Counted from the first letter of the stretch, positions 1 through 14,428 are shown. The stretch is DNA of 64,000 nucleotides from an uncultured Gemmatimonadales bacterium (GCA_963748815.1 CAVVKJ010000008.1:151102-215101); one strand, 5' to 3'. Notes: generated by a model not told the origin, from the sequence alone. Numbers and translations: made by a program.

Positions 1-1
1 C

Positions 2-226
2 GACCACGTCCGTCCGCGCCGCGGCCAGGACGCCTATGACCGCCCCGACAACCTGGTCCTCGCCTGCCGCGATTGCAACGCGGCCAAGGCCGACACACCC
101 CTCGTCGCGTTTCTCATGCAGCGACGCTCCCGCGGCGTGTTTCTCCTGCACTACGGAGAGCACCTCTCCGAGCCGCTGAAGGAACTGGCCCGGAAGGCGT
201 CGGAGAGGCCGATACTCCCTGCCTGA
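2..226 (+). CDS. HNH endonuclease family protein, C-terminal part (truncated by window start)
   Basis: Manual frame-2 translation DHVRPRRGQDAYDRPDNLVLACRDCNAAK...; DH-x-P...NL-x-x-ACxxCN-x-x-K is the HNH signature; stop TGA 224-226. Confidence 0.85.
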   Translation, partial: DHVRPRRGQDAYDRPDNLVLACRDCNAAKADTPLVAFLMQRRSRGVFLLHYGEHLSEPLKELARKASERPILPA

Positions 227-231
227 CGGCA

Positions 232-342
232 GGGGGCGGGAATGCGGGGAAGCGGGTCGGTAACAGCCGAAACGGAGAGTACCCAAGTGGGCGCTCTCCG
301 TTCTCACATTGTTTCCGCTTCCCCGCTTCCCCGCTTCCCCGC

Positions 343-345
<3 letters not shown>
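232..345. repeat. GCGGGGAA-type octamer repeats, inverted around a hairpin
   Basis: G-rich copies at ~232-256 and (CTTCCCCG)3 at ~318-341 flank the 271-302 hairpin. Confidence 0.75.
271..302. terminator. Hairpin between convergent genes, probable terminator
   Basis: aacggagagtaccc-aagt-gggcgctctccgtt imperfect inverted repeat. Confidence 0.6.
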
Positions 346-3966
<3,621 letters not shown>

Positions 3967-4120
3967 GCACCACTCCGCTGCCTTGGGAAGTCCGTTCGCG
4001 GGGCCCCGGGGACCCCGGACAATCGTCCGAAAGATAACCGCGCGCCGCTCTTGCCTCCCTCCCCACGCCTCGGTAACCTCCCACGGGTCTCCCCGTGACC
4101 TTCCCCCTCACCATCCTGCC

Positions 4121-5227
4121 ATGCGACTTCGCGCGCCGACGACGTTCCTTGCGGGCATGGCAGCCTTGGCGGCGTGCGAACGACCGACCGGCGCGGCCGT
4201 CATCGGGTATGCCTTTCCGCGGGACGGTCAGCGGGCGGCGCTGGTGGCGGCAGCAGCCCTGCCAGCGGACACCACGCTGGGGGCCACTCGCATCGTGGGC
4301 GACTGGGACTCTGGCGGGACCGAGTCGACGGTGGAGATCGCGAGGGCGCGGCGGCTGATTGCGCTGCCCGGGATCGTCGGGGTCGTGGGCCACGCCGGGA
4401 GCCGGAGCACCCTGATCACGGCGCCCATCTACACGGAGGCCGGCATCCCGCTGGTGGTGCCGACCGCCACGAGCGGCCGGCTCTGGGAGGTCGGGGATTG
4501 GATCTTCCCGATGGCCCCCACCGATTCTATCGAGGCGGCTTTCCTCGGCGAAACTGCGGTGGACGGACTCAAGGCGTCCCGCATCGCGGTGTACTTCGTC
4601 AACACGGCGTACGGCACCGGGATCCGGGCCGAACTTCGCCGCTGGCTGGCGGGGCGGGGCATGGCCCCCGTCGACGAGGTCCCCTACGTGATCGGCGCCG
4701 ACCTGCAGACGCTCGTCGAGGCCTCCCTCCAGCGTGGCAAACCCGACCTCGCCCTGCTCGTGGGGCGCCGCGTCGAGGTCGCCCAGATGGCGGCCCTGAT
4801 CTTCGAGCACGACCCCTCCATCAAGCTGCTGGCGGCCGACGGCGCCTACGACCAGCTCGCCGAATTGATCGCCGCCGCCGGCGCCGCCGCCGACTCGCTC
4901 TACCTGACCACCTTCTGGGTGGCGGACACCACGGTCGAAGTTCAGCGCGAGTTCATCCGGCGTTACCGGCTCGAGACCGGCCGCGAACCGGCCGCCTTCG
5001 AGGCGATGCGTTTCGACGCCCTGATGGTGCTGGCCCAGGCCATCCGCGAGGTCGGTCCCGACCGGGCGGCGGTGCGCGACTGGCTCCATTCCCTCGGCGG
5101 GGAGCGCCCGCCGTACCAGGGCGTCACAGGCGACATCAGCTTCCGACGCGGGGCCCGGCGCAACCTGCTCCTGGTCCGGCTGCACGAGGGCGTCCCCGTG
5201 ACGGTACCGGAAGCCGGGGTCTGGTAA
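4121..5227 (+). CDS. Branched-chain amino acid ABC-type periplasmic binding protein (LivJ/Peripla_BP_6-like lipoprotein)
   Basis: Lipobox-like LAAC; GVVGHAGSRST, YG-x-GI and YQGVTGDISF motifs; start placed at ATG 4121 within the longer ORF. Confidence 0.85.
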   Translation: MRLRAPTTFLAGMAALAACERPTGAAVIGYAFPRDGQRAALVAAAALPADTTLGATRIVGDWDSGGTESTVEIARARRLIALPGIVGVVGHAGSRSTLITAPIYTEAGIPLVVPTATSGRLWEVGDWIFPMAPTDSIEAAFLGETAVDGLKASRIAVYFVNTAYGTGIRAELRRWLAGRGMAPVDEVPYVIGADLQTLVEASLQRGKPDLALLVGRRVEVAQMAALIFEHDPSIKLLAADGAYDQLAELIAAAGAAADSLYLTTFWVADTTVEVQREFIRRYRLETGREPAAFEAMRFDALMVLAQAIREVGPDRAAVRDWLHSLGGERPPYQGVTGDISFRRGARRNLLLVRLHEGVPVTVPEAGVW

Positions 5228-7188
5228 TGGCGACTGGCAGTCACCCCGTGGCGCGCCGCTGGCCGCGCGCGCTCAGCATCCGGACGCTCTTCCTGCTGCT
5301 CGTGAGCATGGTGGGGCTCTACGTCCTGGGTGTCTCGATCTTCCTCGCGGCGCGGATGCACCCCGGCGCGGTACTCCTCCGCCGGGACACCGAACCGGTG
5401 GTCGAGCTGTTCGGCGTCCTCAACGGCCGTTCCCAGCGACTCGAAGCGGAGGTGCGCGACCTGCAGGGGCTGGTGGCGCTCGGGCCGCCGGGGTACCCCG
5501 CCTCACTGACCCGACTGCGGGAGCAGCTCACCGAGGCGCCGGACGAGCGCAGCACGCGCGCCTTCACCGCCGTGCCGGAGGCCATGCGCACCGCGATGGC
5601 GACCGCCGACGAGGCGATCGCACACCTGGAGACGGCGGCGCTCGAAGTGGTGAGCCTCCTGGAGCTGGGCCGCTATGAGGCGGCCGCCGCCCGGATGATG
5701 GCGGTCAACGCCCTCGTGGGCGAGATGAACCGGCACCTGGCCGAGGCGGAACGGCGCGGACTCTCCGACCTGGTGCGTCGGGAGGACGAACTTTCGCGCG
5801 CCACCGGCCAGGCGTTGCGGGCGGTGATCGTCTGGCTCGCCATCGGACTCTTCTTCCTGCCGATGGTGCTGCTGTTGGCGTATCGCCGGCTCGGGGCGCC
5901 ACTGCGGGACCTCGAGGCGGGGCTGGCCCAGGTGGCCGAGGGAGACCTCCACGCCCAGGTGCCGGTCCGGCACGCCGACGAAATTGGCCGGCTCGCCGAC
6001 CACTTCAACCACATGACGTCGGTGCTTCGGGAGCGGGCGGAGGAGCAGGGGCGCTTCGCCGCCGCGGGGGAACTCATCGCGGGGGTGGCCCACGAGGTCA
6101 ATAACCCGTTGATGGCCATCTCCGCCATTGCCCAGCAGCGGTTGGAGGACAACGACCTGCGCGCCGACGACCGGCAGGACCTGGTGCAGATTCTCCGGCA
6201 GTCCCGGCGCGCGGGCAAGCTGCTCTCCGGCCTCCTTCGGTTTGCGCGGAGCGGGAGCGAGCCGCGCGCGGAAACCGCCAACCTCGGCAAGGTCCTCCGC
6301 GAAGCCATCGACCTCGTGTCGTACCAGTTCGGCGTCGCCGAGATCACCCTCGACGCCGGCATCGCGGCCGAGTTGCCGAGGGTGTACGGCGATCCCGCCC
6401 GCCTCGAGCAGGTCTTCGTCAACCTGTTGAGCAACGCGATTCACGCTGTGCGGCAGGTGCCGCCGCCGCGGAAGATCGCGATCGCGAGCGGGCAGGACGC
6501 GGACGGCGTCTGGCTGACCCTCTCCGACAACGGTCCCGGCATCCCGACCACCGTCCATCGGCGGCTCTTCCGCCCGTTCGTCACCACCAAGGGGCGCCAG
6601 GGGACGGGGCTGGGGCTCTACATCTCGCGGCAAATCGTCCGCGACGCCGGGGGGGAGATCGAGGCGGATGCCGCACCGGAGGGGGGCGCGCGGTTCCGGA
6701 TCCGGTTGCGGCCCGCGGAGGATGGCGACTGGCTCATTACTCCGCGCGACCAGGTCCGCCCCGGCATCCCGGCCACGCTGCTGGGTGTGCGCGTGCTGGT
6801 GGTGGACGACGAGGCGGCGCTGCGGCGGCCGATCGCGCGGTTCCTGGCCCGTCGGGGGGCGGCGGTGGAGGAGGCGGGCGATGGGGTGGAGGCGCTGGAA
6901 CGGATTGCGGCGATGGACGGGAAGTTGGACGTCCTGCTCGCCGACCTGCGGATGCCAAGGATGGACGGCGTGGCGTTGCACGCCGAGCTGCGAAACCGCT
7001 ATCCCGCGCTCGCCGACCGGGTGGTGTTCCTCTCCGGCGACCTTTCCCACCTGACGAGCGGCTCGCACACCATGCGCGCGGGGGAAAGCACCATTTCCGC
7101 CGACCGCATCCTGCTCAAGCCGGTGTCGCTGGAGGAGGTGGAGGCGCGCCTTCTCCAGGTGGTGCAGCAGGCGCCACCGGCGGGCTGA
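5227..7188 (+). CDS. Hybrid sensor histidine kinase (2 TM, HAMP, HisKA, HATPase, REC)
   Basis: AGVAHEVNNPL H-box, QVFVNLLSNA N-box, DNGPGI, GTGLGL, VLVVDDE and DLRMP receiver; ATG overlaps upstream TAA (TAATG). Confidence 0.92.
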   Translation: MATGSHPVARRWPRALSIRTLFLLLVSMVGLYVLGVSIFLAARMHPGAVLLRRDTEPVVELFGVLNGRSQRLEAEVRDLQGLVALGPPGYPASLTRLREQLTEAPDERSTRAFTAVPEAMRTAMATADEAIAHLETAALEVVSLLELGRYEAAAARMMAVNALVGEMNRHLAEAERRGLSDLVRREDELSRATGQALRAVIVWLAIGLFFLPMVLLLAYRRLGAPLRDLEAGLAQVAEGDLHAQVPVRHADEIGRLADHFNHMTSVLRERAEEQGRFAAAGELIAGVAHEVNNPLMAISAIAQQRLEDNDLRADDRQDLVQILRQSRRAGKLLSGLLRFARSGSEPRAETANLGKVLREAIDLVSYQFGVAEITLDAGIAAELPRVYGDPARLEQVFVNLLSNAIHAVRQVPPPRKIAIASGQDADGVWLTLSDNGPGIPTTVHRRLFRPFVTTKGRQGTGLGLYISRQIVRDAGGEIEADAAPEGGARFRIRLRPAEDGDWLITPRDQVRPGIPATLLGVRVLVVDDEAALRRPIARFLARRGAAVEEAGDGVEALERIAAMDGKLDVLLADLRMPRMDGVALHAELRNRYPALADRVVFLSGDLSHLTSGSHTMRAGESTISADRILLKPVSLEEVEARLLQVVQQAPPAG

Positions 7189-8803
7189 GGGGCCGCCAGG
7201 CGGCCAACTCGTTTCTCATCCGATTCTCGTCCCAGTCCAGCTCCCGCCCCAGGAGAGCCGCGACCCTCGGCGCCGCCTGTGCGCCGTGGTCGGTGGTCTC
7301 GTAGTGAAGGTGGATCCGGCGCACCAGCACATCGTCAATGCGGGTCGCCAGCTCCCGCCGCGCGTGGTGGACGACTTCCGCCTCGATGGCCGGGTGGTCG
7401 GGATGCAGGCGCGCCAGGAGTCCCCGTTCGAGGCGGCCCAGGTTGCAGATCGCCGCGGCCTCCGTGCCGTAGTGCGACAGCAGGTGGGCCGCCGTTTCCT
7501 CGCCAAGTCCGAGGTCGAGCACGGTCTGTCGCATCGGTTCGAGGTCGGCGGCCTCTCCTCCCGGGAGCGGCTCGGTGTCGGTCGGGGCGGCGGCGGGTCG
7601 CGGCCGTCCCTCGCGTCGCGTGAGCTCCGCCACCACCTCGTCCACGAGCTCCGCGGCCATGGAGCGGTAGGTCGTCAGCTTGCCCCCCGCGATGGTGAGC
7701 ATTCCCGCCGGGCCCCGTCGGATGATGTGTTCCCGGCTCACCGAGGAGGCGGTACCTGGCTCCCCGGTCGCAAGCAGCGCGCGGACGCCGGCCCAGCGCG
7801 AGACGACGTCGTCTTCGGTCAGGTGCGCCTGGGGGAAACAGGCGTTGGCCGAGCGGAGGAGGTAGTGCACATCGGCCTCGCTCGGCGTCGCAGCCTCCGG
7901 CGGGCCTGGTTCGTCGGTGTCGGTGGTGCCGATGTAGGAGAATTCGCCCCAGGGGAGGACGAACATCACCCGGCCGTCGATCGGACTCGTCAGGGTAACG
8001 GCGTCGGTGTGGCCCAGCCGCTCGCGGCGGACCATAACGTGCGCCCCGCGAGTGCGTCGGAGGATCGGCCGGGCGGCGGGGTCCTCGAGCCGACGGAGGC
8101 CGTCGGTCCAGGGGCCGGTGGCGTTGACGACGACGGCCGCCCGCACCTGCGCCTGGCGCATGAACTCGTCCTCGACGATCGCCCCGCGCACCGCGCCGCC
8201 GCTCCGCTCGAGGCCGATCACGCGGGTGTAGGTCGCCACATCGGCGCCGTGCAGCATCGCCGAGCGGGCCGTGGCGATCACCAGGCGGGCATCGTCGCAC
8301 TGGGCGTCAAAGTACCGGGCGCCGCCGACGAGCCCCCGCTCGCGCAGCATCGGCTCCCGGGCGAGCAGGGCACGCTTGCCGAGGATGCGGTGTCGGCGCA
8401 CATTCCGGAGCGGGGCCAGCAGGTCGTAGAGCAGCATCCCGGCGGCCAGCTTCCAGAGCGGCACCCGGTCGCCCTTGTGCACGGGAAATACGAAGGGCAG
8501 CGGGCGCACGAGGTGGGGCGCAATCGTGAGGAGCGTCCGGCGCTCTCGCGTGGCCTCCCGCACCAGGTGAAATTGCCCCTGTTCGAGGTAGCGCAGGCCG
8601 CCGTGGATCAGGCGGCTGGACAGCGAGCTGGTTCCCGAGGCGAGATCCCGGGCTTCGATCAGTGCCGTGCGGTAGCCCCGCATGGCGGCGTCCCGGGCGA
8701 TTCCCGCGCCGGTGATGCCACCTCCGATGACGAGCAGGTCGTATGGCCGTGCCGTTAGCCGGTCCAATGTCGCACAGCGGAAGGAAACGTTACGAGTGTC
8801 CAT
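7115..8803 (-). CDS. glpD: FAD-dependent glycerol-3-phosphate dehydrogenase
   Basis: DLLVIGGGITGAGIARDAAMRG, SSRLIHGGLRYLE, IAGGKLTTYRSMA; exact start uncertain. Confidence 0.92.
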   Translation of the reverse strand: MDTRNVSFRCATLDRLTARPYDLLVIGGGITGAGIARDAAMRGYRTALIEARDLASGTSSLSSRLIHGGLRYLEQGQFHLVREATRERRTLLTIAPHLVRPLPFVFPVHKGDRVPLWKLAAGMLLYDLLAPLRNVRRHRILGKRALLAREPMLRERGLVGGARYFDAQCDDARLVIATARSAMLHGADVATYTRVIGLERSGGAVRGAIVEDEFMRQAQVRAAVVVNATGPWTDGLRRLEDPAARPILRRTRGAHVMVRRERLGHTDAVTLTSPIDGRVMFVLPWGEFSYIGTTDTDEPGPPEAATPSEADVHYLLRSANACFPQAHLTEDDVVSRWAGVRALLATGEPGTASSVSREHIIRRGPAGMLTIAGGKLTTYRSMAAELVDEVVAELTRREGRPRPAAAPTDTEPLPGGEAADLEPMRQTVLDLGLGEETAAHLLSHYGTEAAAICNLGRLERGLLARLHPDHPAIEAEVVHHARRELATRIDDVLVRRIHLHYETTDHGAQAAPRVAALLGRELDWDENRMRNELAAWRPLSPPVAPAAPPGEGAPPPPPATPA

Positions 8804-9353
8804 GGCTTCCGAAGGGCGGCTGGTCCTGCCCAGTACCTGGTTCACGTGGCACGATTACCTCATTCGTCCGGGAATGCGCGTCCTGGATCTCGCGTGTGGC
8901 ACGGGCCGGCACAGTCTTGCCGCCGCCGCGCGGGGGGCCGAGGTCACGGCCTGGGACCGAAGCGCCGCCAAGCTGGAGGAGGGCCGTGCGGCGGCGGCGG
9001 CGCGCGGCGTCCGGGTCGAGTGGCAGGAGGTAGATCTCGAGGGCGACTGGCCCGCGGCGCCGCCTTTTGATGCCGTGCTCCAATTCAACTATCTTGACCG
9101 GGAGCGCATGACGCGGGTACTGGACGCGCTCGCCCCTGGTGGAACGCTCATCATGGAGACGTTCCTGACCACCCAGCGGGACCTGGGCTGGGGGCCGACG
9201 AACGAGAAGCACCTGCTGGACCGGGGCGAACTGGCCAGCCTGATCGGGCCGCTGGAAGTCCTCCACGGCCGCGAGGTGCTCGAACCGGTGGACGTGGAAC
9301 GCTGGCGCGCGGTCGCGAGTGTCGTGGCCCGCCGGCGTCCTGATGAACCTTAA
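8802..9353 (+). CDS. Class I SAM-dependent methyltransferase (TehB-like)
   Basis: RVLDLACGTGRHS motif I; NYLDR and LAPGG motifs. Confidence 0.85.
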   Translation: MASEGRLVLPSTWFTWHDYLIRPGMRVLDLACGTGRHSLAAAARGAEVTAWDRSAAKLEEGRAAAAARGVRVEWQEVDLEGDWPAAPPFDAVLQFNYLDRERMTRVLDALAPGGTLIMETFLTTQRDLGWGPTNEKHLLDRGELASLIGPLEVLHGREVLEPVDVERWRAVASVVARRRPDEP

Positions 9354-9368
9354 CACACGAACGATAAC

Positions 9369-10664
9369 ATGCTGACGATCCCAGCCGGACGACGGGCAGC
9401 CGTCGTCGCCGGCATGCGGACTCCCTTCGCAAAGAGCGGCACGGCGCTCAAAGACGTCAACGCAGTCACCCTGGCCCGCCACGCCACGAAGGAACTGCTC
9501 TACCGGATGGACCTGTCGGGCGCCGAGGTGGACGAAGTCATCTTCGGGCAGGTCATCCCCTCGGTCCTGGTGCCCAATCTCGCCCGCGAAGTGAGCCTCC
9601 TCCCCCAGTTTCCCAAGACCATCCCCGCCTACTCCCTCAACCGCGCCTGTGCCTCCGGTGCGCAAGCCGTCGTCAACGCCGCCGACCAGATCATGCTTGG
9701 ACGGGCCGATGTCGTCGTCGCCGGCGGTGCCGAATCGCTCTCCGACATCCCGATCCTGCATTCCCGGCGATTCAGCGCGCTCCTGGTCGAGGCGAGCAAG
9801 GCGCGGAGCCTCCCCCAGCGACTCGGCGTCCTGTCCCGGGTCAGGCCGCGGGACCTCGTGCCGGTCACCCCCGCGATCGCGGAGCCCTCCACCGGTGAAT
9901 CGATGGGGCAGTCCGCCGAGAAGATGGCGCAGGAAAACGGCATCCGGCGGGAGGACCAGGACCGGATCGCGCTGTTGAGTCACCAGCGGGCCGCCGCCGC
10001 CACGGCCGATGGTCGCCTCACCGCGGAAATCGCCCCCTGGTTCGGGGGCCGCGGGATGGACGACATTCTGGCCAGCGACAACGGCATCCGCGCCGACACC
10101 TCGCTGGAGGCGCTGGCCAAGCTCAAGCCCGTCTTTGACCGCCGGTACGGGTCGGTCACCGCCGGTAACGCCTCGCCGTTGACCGATGGTGGCGCGGCCG
10201 TGGTGATGATGGCCGACGAGAAGGCGCGCGCCCTTGGCTATCGTCCGCTCGCCACGGTGCGGAGCTACGCCGTGGCGGCGGTGGACCCGGGGTGGCAGCT
10301 CCTCATGGGGCCCGCCATCGCGGTGCCCCGCGCCCTCGAGCGCGCCGGGCTCACCTGGAACGACCTCGGCCTGGTCGAAATTCACGAGGCATTCGCGGCG
10401 CAGGTCCTGTCGAACGTGCAGGCCTGGGGCTCGAAGGCGTGGGCCGATCGCCTCGGCCTTCCCGCTCCGGTGGGTGAGGTCAACTGGGACATCACCAACG
10501 TGCTCGGCGGCTCGATCGCGATCGGGCATCCCTTCGGCGCCACCGGCGCGCGGATCGTCACCACCCTTGCGAACGAAATGCAGCGCCGGGACGTCCAGTT
10601 CGGGCTGATTTCCATCTGCGCCCAGGGCGGGATGGGGTTCGCCATGGTTCTGGAGCGCGCATGA
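9369..10664 (+). CDS. fadI: Acetyl-CoA C-acyltransferase (3-ketoacyl-CoA thiolase)
   Basis: NRACASG, EIHEAFAAQVL, GHPFGATG, CAQGGMG; coupled to fadJ. Confidence 0.92.
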   Translation: MLTIPAGRRAAVVAGMRTPFAKSGTALKDVNAVTLARHATKELLYRMDLSGAEVDEVIFGQVIPSVLVPNLAREVSLLPQFPKTIPAYSLNRACASGAQAVVNAADQIMLGRADVVVAGGAESLSDIPILHSRRFSALLVEASKARSLPQRLGVLSRVRPRDLVPVTPAIAEPSTGESMGQSAEKMAQENGIRREDQDRIALLSHQRAAAATADGRLTAEIAPWFGGRGMDDILASDNGIRADTSLEALAKLKPVFDRRYGSVTAGNASPLTDGGAAVVMMADEKARALGYRPLATVRSYAVAAVDPGWQLLMGPAIAVPRALERAGLTWNDLGLVEIHEAFAAQVLSNVQAWGSKAWADRLGLPAPVGEVNWDITNVLGGSIAIGHPFGATGARIVTTLANEMQRRDVQFGLISICAQGGMGFAMVLERA

Positions 10665-12803
10665 GCACCTTTACCGTAGTCGAGGAGCAGGGCGTCGCCG
10701 TCGTCTCCATCGACCAGCCCGGTTCGCCGGTCAACGTCCTCACCGCCGCCGCCAAGTCGGAGTTCGAGACGATCCTCGAACGGCTCCGCGAGGACAAGGC
10801 GGTCCGCGCCGTCGTGCTCATCTCGGGGAAACCCGACAACTTCATTGCCGGCGCCGACATCGAACAGTTCGTGGCGCTCCCCAACCAGGCCGCCGCCGAG
10901 GCGCTCTCGCGCGACGGCCAGGCCACGATGGATCGGGTGGCCGACTTCCCGAAGCCGATCATCGCGGCGATCCACGGCAGCTGCCTCGGGGGCGGGCTCG
11001 AGCTCGCGCTCGCCTGTCACTATCGGCTCGCCACCAACCATCCGAAGACGCAGCTCGGCCTGCCCGAGGTGCAGCTCGGCATCCTGCCCGGCGCCGGCGG
11101 CTGCCAGCGCCTGCCACGCCTCATCGGCGTGCGCGCCGCCCTCGACATCATTCTCGCCGGCAAGTCGGAACGCGCCGCCAAGGCGTTCAAGCTCGGCATG
11201 GTGGACGAACTGGTGCCGCCGCCGCTCCTGCGCAGCGTCGCGCTCGCCGCCGCGGTGCGCCTGATGTCCTCGGGCGCCCCCCGGCGCGCCCGGCGGGGCG
11301 GCGCCGCAGGGTTCCTCCTCGACGGCAACCCGCTCGGACGAGCCCTCGTCTACCGAATGGCCCGGAAATCGGTGCTGGCCAAGACGGGCGGACACTACCC
11401 GGCGCCGCTCGCGGCGCTCGCGGCGGTCCGCACCGGGATGGAGCGCGGCATGCGCGCGGGGTTCGTCGATGAACACCGCCGGTTCGGCGAACTGGCCGTC
11501 AGTCCCGTCTCCCGGAAGCTCGTGCAGATCTTCTTCGCCACCACCGCCCTCAAGAAGGACGACGGCGTGGCCCCCGGCACCGCCACGCCGCGACCCGTCC
11601 GGCGCCTCGGTGTGGTCGGGTCGGGATTCATGGGGGCGGGGATTGCCGGCACGGCGGTGGCCCAGGCCGGGGTCGAGGTGCGGATGAAGGACGCCGACCT
11701 CGCGCGCGTGGGGAAAGGGCTGAAGGCCTCGACCGGCATCCTCGACGGGCGGCTCAAGCGCCGCCGCATCACCCGGCAGGAACACCAGCGGCTCTCGGCG
11801 CTGCTCAGCGGGGCGGCGGACTTCACCGGGTTCCCCCGCACCGATCTCGTCATCGAGGCGGTGTTCGAGGACCTGACCGTCAAGCGAACCGTCGTCGCGG
11901 AGCTCGAGGCGACGGTCGGCGACGCAGGCGATCATCGCCACCAACACCTCCACCATTCCAATCACCGACATCGCCGCCGGCGCCCACCACCCTGGGCGCG
12001 TGCTGGGGATGCACTTCTTCAGCCCGGTGGATCGGATGCCGCTCCTCGAGGTCATCCCCGGGGCGGCCACCGCGCCGGATGCCATCGCCACCGCGGTGCA
12101 GTTCGGGCGGCGGATGGGGAAGACGGTCATCGTGGTCGCCGACCGCCCCGGCTTCTGGGTCAACCGGATTCTCTCGCCCTACCTCAACGAGGCGGGGCAC
12201 CTGCTGATGGAAGGCACCCCGATCGAGGCGATCGACCGCACCATGACCCGATTCGGCTTCCCGGTCGGCCCGATCGCGCTGCTCGACGAAGTGGGGCTGG
12301 ACGTGGCGGCCAAGGGTGGCGGCGTCATGCACCAGGCGTTTGGCGAGCGGCTGACTCCGGCCGACGCCATCGGCAAGATGCTGGCGGACAACCGGCTCGG
12401 CCGGAAGAACGGCCGGGGATTCTACCGCTATGAGGGAGGGAAGAAGGCCGGGGTGGATCATCCGGTGTACCGGCTGCTTTCCATCACGCCGTCCGATCGC
12501 GTCAGCCCGCACACGATCGAGCAGCGCCTGATTTACGCCATGTTGAACGAGGCGGCCATGGCGGCGGGCGAGGGCGTGGTGCGTTCGCCCCGTGACGGCG
12601 ACATCGGCGCGATCTTCGGGATCGGCTTCCCGCCCTTCCGCGGCGGCCCCCTCCGGATGATCGACGACCTCGGCGCCGCGCAGGTGGTGTCGACGCTGCG
12701 GGCGCTGGCGGCCGAATTCGGCCCGCGGTTCACACCCGCCGGCTCCCTGGTGGCGATGGCGGAGTCGGGCGGCAGGTTCTACGAGGAAACGAGTTCCCGT
12801 TGA
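10661..12803 (+). CDS. fadJ: Fatty acid oxidation complex alpha subunit; +1 frameshift near 11921-11927
   Basis: Enoyl-CoA hydratase domain (FIAGADI, GLPEVQLG), GSGFMGAGIA; continues in another frame as AIIATNTSTIPI...GMHFFSPV; ORFs 10661..12433 and 12000..12803. Confidence 0.9.
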
Positions 12804-12826
12804 TTCACTCACACTGGAGTTTGGTC

Positions 12827-14401
12827 ATGCGCAAACTGTGCTTGTTCGCGTTGCTCGGGGCGTTCTTCGCTCCCGTGACATCCGCCTGGGGGCAGGGGTT
12901 CAGCTCCAACGATCCGATCATCAAGCGAATCTGGGCCATGGGGATGGACAGCTCCCAGGTCGGCGCGCTCGCCCAGGTGCTCGACGACTCGATCGGTCCG
13001 CGGCTGACGGGCTCGCCCGGCATGAAGTCGGGCAACGACTGGCTCGTCAAGACGTACGCGCGGTGGGGCATCGGCGCCGAGAACGTCCAGTACGGCACCT
13101 GGAAGGGATGGAAGCGCGGCGCCAGCCACATCGACCTCGTCGCGCCCCGCGTGCGCTCGCTCGAGGGGATGATTCTCGCGTGGAGCCCGGGCACCAAGGG
13201 GAAGCCGGTCGACGGTCCGGCCGTCATTCTCCCGGATGCCGCCGATTCGGCGGCGTTCGCCTCCGCGATCGCGTCGGTCAAGGGCGCCTACGTCCTGATC
13301 AGCGCGCCGGAACTTACCTGCCGGCCCGACTCGAGCTACAAGGAGTCGGCGCTGCCGGAGGAGTTCGACCGGATGGTCAAGGAGCGCGACGAGTACCGGG
13401 CGGCGTGGGCCGCACGGGTGAAGCGCACCGGGTTGAACAACAAGGCGCTGCAGCTGGCGCTCCAGGGCGCCGGCGCGAAGGGCGTGCTCACCAGTAACTG
13501 GTCACGGGGATGGGGCGTCTTCCGGGTGTTCGACGGCAAGACCACCGAGGTCCCGGCCGCGGTGCTGAGCTGTGAAGACTACGGGCTGGTCTTCCGGCTC
13601 GCGGAGAACCGGCAGGGGCCGGTGCTTCGGGTGACCGCCGACGCGCAAGACCTGGGCGAGGTCCCCGTGTTCAACACCATCGCCACGATCCCCGGCACCG
13701 ACCGGGCGGGTGAATACGTCGTGCTGTCCGCCCACTTCGACAGCTGGGACGGGTCCTCCGGCGCCACCGACAACGGCACCGGCACGGTCGTGATGATGGA
13801 GGCGATGCGCATCCTGAAGGCGGTCCTCCCCCGTCCGAGCCGGACCATCATCGTGGGGCACTGGAGCGGCGAGGAGCAGGGGCTGAATGGCTCGCGGGCC
13901 TACATGGCCGACCACCCGAAGGTGGTCGAGGGGCTGCAGGCCCTCTTCAACCAGGACAACGGCACGGGGCGGGTGGCCTACGTGAGCGCCGCGGGGCTGA
14001 TGGAGGCGGGCGGCTTCCTGGCGGACTGGTTCTCGAAAGTGCCGTCCGAGATCACCGGCAACTTCAAGGCCTTCTCGGTGCCTGGCACCCCGGCGGGCGG
14101 CGGCTCCGACAACGCCTCGGTGGCCTGCTATGGCGCGCCGGGCTTCGGCCTCGGCTCGCTGCCCTGGGAGTACTTCTCCTACACCTGGCACACCAACCGC
14201 GACACCTACGACAAGCTGGTGATGAGCGAATTGCGGAACAACGCGACGCTGACCGCCATGCTCGCGTACCAGGCGGCGCAGGACCCGAACACGATCCCGC
14301 GGGACCGCCGCGTGATGCCGATCAACTCGCGCACCGGTGAGCAGCAGACCTGGCCGGAGTGCCAGCCCGCGGCGCGGTCGTTCGCGGAGTACACGCGCTA
14401 G
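12827..14401 (+). CDS. Secreted M28 family metallopeptidase (carboxypeptidase Q-like)
   Basis: Signal peptide; SAHFDSWD, GATDNGTG, SGEEQGL, GGSD, WHT-x-x-DTYD; GGAG RBS upstream of ATG 12827. Confidence 0.88.
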   Translation: MRKLCLFALLGAFFAPVTSAWGQGFSSNDPIIKRIWAMGMDSSQVGALAQVLDDSIGPRLTGSPGMKSGNDWLVKTYARWGIGAENVQYGTWKGWKRGASHIDLVAPRVRSLEGMILAWSPGTKGKPVDGPAVILPDAADSAAFASAIASVKGAYVLISAPELTCRPDSSYKESALPEEFDRMVKERDEYRAAWAARVKRTGLNNKALQLALQGAGAKGVLTSNWSRGWGVFRVFDGKTTEVPAAVLSCEDYGLVFRLAENRQGPVLRVTADAQDLGEVPVFNTIATIPGTDRAGEYVVLSAHFDSWDGSSGATDNGTGTVVMMEAMRILKAVLPRPSRTIIVGHWSGEEQGLNGSRAYMADHPKVVEGLQALFNQDNGTGRVAYVSAAGLMEAGGFLADWFSKVPSEITGNFKAFSVPGTPAGGGSDNASVACYGAPGFGLGSLPWEYFSYTWHTNRDTYDKLVMSELRNNATLTAMLAYQAAQDPNTIPRDRRVMPINSRTGEQQTWPECQPAARSFAEYTR

Positions 14402-14428
14402 CGCTCGACGGTCCACCATGACCGCAAG

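Noticed and set aside
2..226. HNH gene as part of a defence or mobile system
   Set aside because: Truncated by the window edge and no supporting neighbours visible
7115..7188. 3' overlaps of convergent genes (also 38312-38372) as antisense regulation
   Set aside because: Common in high-GC genomes through stop-codon drift; no further evidence
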